A stretch of 30,579 nt of DNA from Archangiaceae bacterium (lineage in GTDB: Bacteria; Myxococcota; Myxococcia; Myxococcales; Myxococcaceae). The DNA is taken from assembly GCA_043750125.1 (NCBI GenBank), contig JAYVCD010000118.1, positions 1 to 30,579 of the forward strand, read 5' to 3'. The translations under genes were made by a program, and so were the position numbers. Positions 8,136-16,400 of this stretch are shown here, piece by piece (the stretch's first letter is position 1; every line of letters begins with the position of its first letter). Under the pieces are notes generated by a model, which was not told the DNA's origin, searched no databases, and saw nothing but the letters and a program-made list of their open reading frames with translations.

Positions 8136-11100
8136 TTGGCGCTTTCCTGAGCCAGGGCGGAATTCGTGTCGCCCATCGCCTGCTGCATTTCTTCAGCGGA
8201 CATCTGCTCGACCTCGGCCAGCAATTTCTCGATTTCGAGCTGCTCGGCGGCCGAGGAGCGTTCGACCTTGATGATCTGAGCCACGCCCGCCACCGTCGGC
8301 GCCTCGAAGAATCGCGACAGCGGCAGCTCGAGCCCGAACATTCCGCGCAGCTTCGAGATCAACTGAATCGAGAGCAGCGAGTGACCGCCCAGCTCGAAGA
8401 AGTCGTCGTTGATTCCGATTTCAGACACCCCCAGCATTTCTTGCCAGACGACGGCGACCTTCGCCTCGGTCTCGTCCGTGGGCGCGACGTAGGCGGACTT
8501 CATTCGAGGCCGGGCGTGGGCCTTCAACGCCGGCGATGCGTCCGGGGAACGGGGGGTGGTCAGGGCCTGCGCCAGCTGCGCCACTTCCGCGCGCAACACG
8601 GCCAGGGGCCGCGCGGCGACCACCACCTGCGGCCCCGGCTTGCTGGCGAGGATCTGCATCAACGCGTCGAGGGCCTGGCTCGTCTTCAACCCCGTCGGCA
8701 AGCTCGCCACCGGCTGCGCGGCGAAGACCTGCGCGGCATCGACTTTGATCATCGTGAAGTCGCTGATCACCACCAACTCGACTCCACTCGGGTTGGCGAT
8801 CACCACGTCACAGACCAGGGTGCTCGAGTTCTTTGCCTCTGCGCCGTGATAGCGAATGTGACTGAACACCCGGCGTTCCATCGGGTGGTGAACCCGCAGC
8901 GCGCCATAGGTGATCGGCAGATAAAAGCCGTCGGTCACCTGCGGCATTGCAAGCGCGGTCGCTACGTCCAGCAGCGACGGGTGGAGCGCCAAAGTGGGGA
9001 GATCTCCCTCGAACCCCAGGTCCAGCTCGAGCTCGGCGATCCGCTCGCCCTTCCCTACCGCGACCTGCTTCAGGGTCTTCCACCGCTGCCCGTAGACCAT
9101 GTGCTTCTGCGTTTCGAGCAGGCCCAACACGACCTCGGAGCTCTGCGCTTCACACCGCTGCTGCACCTCGGCCACCGCCAGGCAGCGCACCGGGGAAGAG
9201 GCCAGGCCCACGTTCCCGCGAACATGGTCCTGCCACGGCTCGTCGACCCGACCCCGGCTGCGGACCACGAACGCGCCATTCGCGATCGCCGTTCGAACCT
9301 CGCGGGTCTCGTGATCCGAAATCTGCATCGGCCGAACGAAGACGATGTCTCGCAGCTCGACCGTCCCGGTGGCTCCGCGCTCGACGAACGCAGCGCGCAC
9401 CATCTCGAGGTAGGTGGTGCCCGGAACGACGGCGCCCCCGAGGATCCGATGCTCGTTCAACACCCACTGACGCTCGACCCGGAAGTCGGTGCGGTACTCG
9501 ACGGACGCGTCGGTGTCGGTCAGGCAGACGTCGAGCAGCGGGTGGTTCACGGCTCGGCCGACGGCCGCAGGCAGCCTGGACTTCGCCGCCATTCCGACTT
9601 CCTCCCAGGCGTCCCAGTTGATCGAGATCGCTCCGTGCGACTGCGCGAACGCATCGAGGAAGGCGTTGGCCGCCGCGTAGTCGACCTGTCCTGGATCGCC
9701 GAGGATCGCGGAGAGCGAAGAGCACAGAACGAAGAAGTCGAGCGGACGTCCCAGCGCCGCCGCCAACGCAATTGTTCCTTCCAACTTCGGCCTCAAGACT
9801 TCGGCGGCGGAAGCGGGCGTCTTCAGCTCGAGCAGCGCGCCCGAAGAAATTCCTGCGGCGTGGACCACGCCATTCAAGGTTCCGAACTGCGCACGAACCT
9901 GGTCGACGACCTCGCGCATCGCCGCGGAATCGGCGACATCAGCGCTGAAGGTCACGACCCGGGCACCCAGTTGTTCCAGCTTTTCGATATTTCGCAGCTG
10001 CTCTGCAGTCGGGCTCGAGCGGGAAACCAGCGCGAGGTTGGCCTTGGCCACTTGCGCGAACCGTTCTGCAACCGCGCCCCCGATGCCTCCCAGGCCCCCG
10101 GTGATGAGGTACGTGCCGCCCTCGCGCAGCCCGCCCAACGGCTGGCTCTGAACAGGCAGCTGCACCGGCGCCAGCGTCTGGACCCAACGTCGCCCGCCGC
10201 GCAGCGCAACGACGTCTTCGCCCTGCACCCCGAGCTCTTCGACCAACAGCGCGGCGGCATCGCCCGCCTCGAGATCCACGGCGCGACAGCTCACGCCGGG
10301 AAGCTCAGCCTGCAGCACCCGACAGGCGCCCAGCAGCGCGGCCCGTTCAGGACCTTCGGTGTCTTCGCCACAAACGCTCTGAAGCTCGGTCGTCACGATC
10401 ACCAACTCGACCGGATCTCGGCTCTTGCGGGCTGCGATCGCCTTGCCGAGCTCGAGCAGCTCGAAGAACCCTCGCGACACTTCGGCCGAGGCGTCGGGCT
10501 TCAGTGCCCAGAAATGCACCAGGGTGCACGGGCCCGCGGTGCGGGCTACGAGCTGGGCGACCGCGCCTCGCACCCGATCGGAGCCCGAGGCCTGCGCGCG
10601 CACCACTGTCTGGCCGTTCGCCTCCAGACCCAGCGCCACCTTCTCGCCCAACGGGCTTCCGTCGAGCAGCAACATCCAGGTGCGCGCCACAGGGTCGATT
10701 CGCTTCGGGGACAACCGGGCATCGGCCAGACGGGTCCAGGACGGCAGACAGATCTCGGGCTGCGCCAGTGCGCCTTGCGCTCGTTCCTCACTGACCGGCC
10801 GAGCTGCCGTGGCCGCAGCGGGTTCGATGAAGTACCGCTCACGCGCGAACGGATAAGTCGGAAGAGGAACCCGGCCCCGCGCGCCGGCGGAATGCAGCGC
10901 CGCCCAATCGGGCTTTGCGCCTGCGAGCCACACCAGGGCCAACGCCTCGAGGAAGTGGCGCTGGTCGTCCTCTTCACCGTGGGGCAGCGAGCCATAGACG
11001 TGCTGGCCCCGCTGTTCGGTGCGCTGCAGTCGAGCAAACGTCGCGAGCGCCCGACCCGGACCCACCTCGAGCAACACCCGTTCGGTACTCGAGAGCGCGG

Positions 11101-13438
11101 TCTTCAACCCGTCTGCGAAGCGCACGGGCGCGCGCAGCTGCCGCGCCCAGTACCGGGGGTCTGTCGCCTGCTCAGCGGTGAGCCACGTCCCGGTGAGGTT
11201 GGAAAGAATCGGCAAGGTCGGTGCGCGAAGCGTCACCTGCCCCACCCGATGCGCGAACACCTCGAGAATCGGGTCCATCATCGGCGAGTGGAACGCGTGC
11301 GAGGTGCGAAGCCTCTTGCCCGTCAGCTGCCGTGCGGACAGCTGTCCCTCGAGTGCCTCGACCGCTGCCAGCGTCCCCGAGACGACGCACTGGCTGGGGC
11401 CGTTCACCGCGGCGAGCACGAGGTCCGGGCCGAGCAGCGCCAACACTTCAGCCTCGGGCATCGCCACTGCGAGCATCGCTCCCGCCGGCAACGCCTGCAT
11501 CAACGCGCCGCGAGCGGCCACCAGGCCGAGCGCATCTTCCAGCGAAAAGACTCCTGCGAGACAGGCCGCGACGTACTCACCCAGGCTGTGGCCGATCATT
11601 GCCGCCGGGCTGATCCCCAGTCGGATCCAAAGCCGGGCGAGCGCGTATTCCACGACGAAGAGCGCGGGCTGCGTCCATCGCGTCTGGGTCAGCAGCGCTC
11701 CAGCGTCCTTCGCTGCGGTCCCGGTAGCAAAGAGCAGCGCGCGAAGATCTCGACCCAGCAGCGGCTCGAGGACCCGCGCGCAGTGGTCCACGTCTTCCCG
11801 AAAGCCGGGGTCAGCGGCGTACAGCGCGCGGGCCATGCCGACGTGCTGCGCGCCTTGCCCGGGAAACATGAACACCACCGAGGGCGCCTGCACTGCGTCC
11901 ACCGAGCTCAACCCTTCGCGCGCCGCGAGCGCCCGCCCGGCTTCGACGCCGTCGCGACAGACGATGGCTCGACGATGCTCGAAGGCCCGTCGCCCTCGCT
12001 GAAGGGTGAACGCTGCGTCTGCCAGCGACGCTTCGCCCCGCACGAGGTGGGCCGCCAGCGCGTCGGTCGCCTGCTCGAGCGCGATCGCGGTGCGCGCCGA
12101 GATCGTCACCAACTGCCAACCTTTGTCTTCCTTCACCGGCTCGCGCGCCGGCGCCTCTTCGAGCACGACGTGCGCGTTGGTTCCGCCAATGCCGAACGAG
12201 CTCACCCCTGCACGGCGCGGCGTCTTGCCCCGCGGCCACGGACGCAAGGCCGCATTGACGAAGAAGGGCGAGGTCTCGAAGGAAATCGCCGGGTTCGGCG
12301 CGGTGAAGTGAAGGCTGGGCGGCAGCTGCTCGTGGGTGAGGGCGAGCGTGGTCTTGATCAGCCCGGTGATGCCTGCCGCCGAGTCGAGGTGCCCGAGGTT
12401 GGTCTTCACCGAGCCGATCGCGCAAAAGCCCTTGTCCGCGGTGCCGGCTCGAAAGGCCTGGGTCAGCGCCGCGATCTCGATCGGGTCTCCCATCAACGTG
12501 CCGGTGCCGTGCGCTTCGATGTAGGAAATCGAACGCGGCTCGACCTCGGCGACCGCCTGCGCCGCGGCGATTACTTCGGCCTGACCGTCGACGCCCGCGG
12601 CGGTGTATCCAACCTTGCGCGAGCCATCGTTGTTGATCGCCGTGCCTTTGATCACCGCGTGAATGGTGTCGCGGTCGGCGAGCGCGTCTTCGAGCCGCTT
12701 GAGCACCACCACTCCGACGCCGCTGCCGGGGACGATGCCTTTCGCCTCGGCATCGAATGCCCGGCAGTGACCGTCGGGTGAGAGCACTCCGCCCTGCTGG
12801 TATTGATATCCCTGCGACTGGGGGACGCGAACGGCCACGCCACCCGCGAGCGCCATGTCGCACTCGAAGCCGAGCAACGCGCGGCAGGCCAGGTGCACCG
12901 CGACCAACGACGTAGAGCACGCCGTCTGGATGTTGAGGCTCGGACCCTTGAGGTTCAGCTTGTAGGACACCCGCGTCGCCAGGTAGTCCTTGTCGTTCGA
13001 CAGCTCGACCTGCGTCTCTCCAACCGAGGCCAGCAAATCAGGGTGCGAGAGCAGGTTCAGCAGCAGGTAGCTGGGCAGGCTCAAGCCGGCGTAGACCCCG
13101 ACAGGAACCTGGCTGCCCGAAGGCTCGTAACCCGAGTGCTCGAGCGCGGCCCAGGCGGCCTCGAGAAAGACCCGTTGTTGAGGGTCGATCAGCTCGGCTT
13201 CGCGCGGGGTGTACCCGAAGAAGCGGGCGTCGAACTTGTCGAAGTCTTCGAGAATCGCCTTGGCCTTGACGTAGCTCGGGTCGGCCAGCGTCGCGGCGCT
13301 CACCCCCGCAGCGCGCAGCTCTTCATCGGTGAAGAACGAGATCGACTCGACCCCTTGCGCGAGATTGCTCCACAGCTGCTCGATGTCCCGTGCTCCAGGA
13401 AAGCGCCCCGCCAGTCCGATGATCGCAATCGCATCCAT
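8132..13438 (-). CDS. Modular type I PKS, KS-AT-KR-DH-ACP (hybrid-type KS, malonyl-CoA AT)
   Basis: KS: NDKDY, QTACSTS, EAHGTGT, KTNLGHLD. AT: GHSLGE and HAFH. KR: YLITGGLGGIG, HAAG, SS...YAAAN. DH: HRILGGAVVP and HPSLLD. Carrier: FFELGGHSL. RBS GAGGA upstream of the ATG. Confidence 0.96.
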   Translation of the reverse strand: MDAIAIIGLAGRFPGARDIEQLWSNLAQGVESISFFTDEELRAAGVSAATLADPSYVKAKAILEDFDKFDARFFGYTPREAELIDPQQRVFLEAAWAALEHSGYEPSGSQVPVGVYAGLSLPSYLLLNLLSHPDLLASVGETQVELSNDKDYLATRVSYKLNLKGPSLNIQTACSTSLVAVHLACRALLGFECDMALAGGVAVRVPQSQGYQYQQGGVLSPDGHCRAFDAEAKGIVPGSGVGVVVLKRLEDALADRDTIHAVIKGTAINNDGSRKVGYTAAGVDGQAEVIAAAQAVAEVEPRSISYIEAHGTGTLMGDPIEIAALTQAFRAGTADKGFCAIGSVKTNLGHLDSAAGITGLIKTTLALTHEQLPPSLHFTAPNPAISFETSPFFVNAALRPWPRGKTPRRAGVSSFGIGGTNAHVVLEEAPAREPVKEDKGWQLVTISARTAIALEQATDALAAHLVRGEASLADAAFTLQRGRRAFEHRRAIVCRDGVEAGRALAAREGLSSVDAVQAPSVVFMFPGQGAQHVGMARALYAADPGFREDVDHCARVLEPLLGRDLRALLFATGTAAKDAGALLTQTRWTQPALFVVEYALARLWIRLGISPAAMIGHSLGEYVAACLAGVFSLEDALGLVAARGALMQALPAGAMLAVAMPEAEVLALLGPDLVLAAVNGPSQCVVSGTLAAVEALEGQLSARQLTGKRLRTSHAFHSPMMDPILEVFAHRVGQVTLRAPTLPILSNLTGTWLTAEQATDPRYWARQLRAPVRFADGLKTALSSTERVLLEVGPGRALATFARLQRTEQRGQHVYGSLPHGEEDDQRHFLEALALVWLAGAKPDWAALHSAGARGRVPLPTYPFARERYFIEPAAATAARPVSEERAQGALAQPEICLPSWTRLADARLSPKRIDPVARTWMLLLDGSPLGEKVALGLEANGQTVVRAQASGSDRVRGAVAQLVARTAGPCTLVHFWALKPDASAEVSRGFFELLELGKAIAARKSRDPVELVIVTTELQSVCGEDTEGPERAALLGACRVLQAELPGVSCRAVDLEAGDAAALLVEELGVQGEDVVALRGGRRWVQTLAPVQLPVQSQPLGGLREGGTYLITGGLGGIGGAVAERFAQVAKANLALVSRSSPTAEQLRNIEKLEQLGARVVTFSADVADSAAMREVVDQVRAQFGTLNGVVHAAGISSGALLELKTPASAAEVLRPKLEGTIALAAALGRPLDFFVLCSSLSAILGDPGQVDYAAANAFLDAFAQSHGAISINWDAWEEVGMAAKSRLPAAVGRAVNHPLLDVCLTDTDASVEYRTDFRVERQWVLNEHRILGGAVVPGTTYLEMVRAAFVERGATGTVELRDIVFVRPMQISDHETREVRTAIANGAFVVRSRGRVDEPWQDHVRGNVGLASSPVRCLAVAEVQQRCEAQSSEVVLGLLETQKHMVYGQRWKTLKQVAVGKGERIAELELDLGFEGDLPTLALHPSLLDVATALAMPQVTDGFYLPITYGALRVHHPMERRVFSHIRYHGAEAKNSSTLVCDVVIANPSGVELVVISDFTMIKVDAAQVFAAQPVASLPTGLKTSQALDALMQILASKPGPQVVVAARPLAVLRAEVAQLAQALTTPRSPDASPALKAHARPRMKSAYVAPTDETEAKVAVVWQEMLGVSEIGINDDFFELGGHSLLSIQLISKLRGMFGLELPLSRFFEAPTVAGVAQIIKVERSSAAEQLEIEKLLAEVEQMSAEEMQQAMGDTNSALAQESAK

Positions 13439-13448
13439 GGTGATGTCC

Positions 13449-16400
13449 TCAGCTCGAAGGCGATCGCTTCTTGCGTGCCTTCTCGAGCGCGGCCCGTTGG
13501 CGAGAGGCGCGGTCCTGCACCTCGCGGATGCCCTGGTTCGGGTCCGCGGCCTGGCTCAAGAACGCCGCCAGCTCGTGAATCGTGGGGTGCTGAAACAGCT
13601 CGACCATCGTGACGCTGCGACCGAGCACGTCCTCGAGCTTGCTGTGCACCCGAACCATCAGCAGCGAGTGGCCGCCGAGGTCAAAGAAGTTGTCCTGAAT
13701 CCCGACCTGCTCGAGCCCGAGCGCTTCACGCCACACCTTCGCGATCAGCCGCTCGAGATCATTAGTGGGCGCAATCGACGCCCGGGGAACGACCACCGGC
13801 ACCGGCAGCGCCCGGCGATCAATCTTCCCGTTCACCGACAGCGGCAGGCTGGAAAGGAAAGTGAAGATCGCGGGGATCATCGGTTCAGGCAGGCGCGCCT
13901 TGAGCCACGCACGCAGCCCATTCGCGTCGGGGGTCGGGTCGACGGAAACCACGTAGGCCAGCAACTGGGCGCTGCCCGCCGCGTCCGGCCGCGCGATCAC
14001 CACCGCCTGCCGCACCGTGGGGTGGGTGGCCAGCGTCGCTTCGATTTCCCCGGGCTCGATTCGAAAGCCGCGCACCTTGATCTGCTCGTCGAGTCGCCCG
14101 AGAAATTCGAAGTTTCCATCGGGAAGCTGCCGCACCCGATCTCCGGTGCCGTAAAGCCTGGACCCGGTGTCGAAAGGCGCAGGGACAAAGCGCGCCGCCG
14201 TCAGCTCGGGCAAACCGAGGTAGCCGCGGGCCAGCTGCGGGCCACCCAGCCACAGCTCGCCGGGGACACCGGTCGGCACCGGACGCTTGAGCGGGTCGAG
14301 CACCCAGGCCTCGATCGCACCGACCGGCCGGCCGATGGGCAGGCACGCAGTGTCCACCGACATCGCGTCGGACTCGGGCTCGAAGACGAGCGAAGTGATC
14401 GTCGCCTCGGTTGGCCCGTAGCCGCTGATCAACGCCGGCTGAATTCCGACCGCGCGACGCCAGCGCTCGAAGTGAAGGCTCGAGGTCTTCTCGCTTCCCG
14501 TCACCACCAGCCGCAACGACCTCGGGGGACGATTTCGTTCGGACCCCAGCGCCTCGACCCAGATGTGCCAATACGGCGAAGGAAGGTTCACCACCGTGAG
14601 CCGCTCGCGATCCAGGAACTTCACCAGCTCGGGAATGCCCGGCACGCCCTGCTCGGGCCACAGCACCAGGGTGGCGCCCCTGCACAGCGTGGGGAAAATC
14701 TCTTCAGCCGCCACGTCGAACCCGATGCCCGACAGCTGCAGCACGCGGTCGGTCGGTGACAGCCGAAGGAAGCCCTGCGCCCCGTCCAGATAGCTGGCGA
14801 ACGCACCGTGGGTCACGAGCACGCCTTTGGGGCGACCGGTCGAGCCGGACGTGTAGACGACGTACGCGAGCTGCTCGCCTTTTGGCTCGACCTTCGGGGC
14901 TTCAGCGCCCTGAAGGTTCAGCGCCGGGCTCTCGCGATCGATCAACAGCAGCGCTCGCGGCGTCGAAGGCAACACGGCCGCCAGAGGGGTCGTGGTGATC
15001 AGCAGCTGGGCCCGAGAGTCGTCCAGCATGAAGGCCAGCCGGTCGGCCGGAAGGCTGGGGTCCAGAGGAAGGAAGGCGCCGCCGGCCTTGAGAATCGCCA
15101 GCTCGGCCACCACCAGCTCGGGCGAGCGCGGAAGGCAGACTCCGACGATCGTCTCGAGGCCAATTCCCTGTTCGACCAGCCGGTGGGCGAGCCGATTCGC
15201 GCGCTCGTCGAGGTCGCGATAGGTCAGCCTCTCTTCGCCGCACTGAATGGCAATCGCCTCGGGGCTCAGCGCCGCCTGGGCCGCCACCCGACGCGTCACA
15301 CCGACGCAGCTGCCCGCGACACGGGCCAACCGCGGGGCGCGAGGGTTTGCGTCGGACTCCAGCGCGAAGGCCCCCACCGCGGTCTGCGGAGCGTCGACGA
15401 TGCCGGCGAGCAGCACCTGAAAATGCTCGGCCATTCTCGACAACGTCGAAGGCTCGAACAGATCGCTGTTGTACTCGAAGGCACCGGAAAGCCCGGGGCC
15501 CACTTCGGCCAGGCTCAAGGTCAAATCGAACTGGGCGACGCGGCGCGACAACGCCAGCGACTCGATCGACAGGCCTCCCAGTTCCATCCGCGCGCCCGCC
15601 TCGTCCAGCGAGAAGGCCGTCATTCCCTCGTCGGCAAGTGCGTGTGCCCGCTGCAGGACGAACATCGTCTGGAACAGCGGCGAACGACTGGGGTCGCGAC
15701 GCGGCTGCAGGCGTTCGACCAGCAACGGAAGCGGAAAATCTTGATGCTCCAGCGCGCCCAACACCGAACGCCGCGTGCGCTCGAGCAGCGTCGCAAACGA
15801 AGGCTGATCCTCGAACCGCGCTCGCAGCACGACCGGGCTGACCAGGTACCCGAACAGCCCGGTGAAGCGCGAACGGCTTCGACCCGCCGCAGGCGAACCA
15901 ATCAACAGATCGTCCTGCCCCGAGTACCGGTGCAGCAACACCTGAAATCCTGCCAACAACGTCGCGTAGAGCGTCGCGCCGCTGCTCTGGGCGAGCGCCT
16001 TGAGCTTGACGGTCAGCGCCGGGTCGATCGAGAACGCGTGCGAGGCGCCCCGATACGTCTGCACCGCGGGACGAGGCCGGTCGGTGTGAAGCTCGAGCGT
16101 CGGCAGCACTCCGGCCAGGTTCGAACGCCAGTACTCCCACAGCTGCGCGCCTTCGGGACTCTGCAGCAGTGCGCTTTGCCATTGGGTGTGGTCCGCAGGA
16201 GTCGCGCCAGGAAGAGGCAGCGACAGCGGCTTGCCCGCCCGCGCCTGCAGGTACAACGGGACCAGCTCGCTCACCAGTTGGACCAGCGACCAGAAGTCCG
16301 CGACCAGGTGGTGGACGACCAGCAGCAGCACGTGGTCCTGCGGTCCGCGCCGGAAGAGGCTGACCCGAAACAGGGGGCCCCGCTCGAGCTCGAAGCGCTT

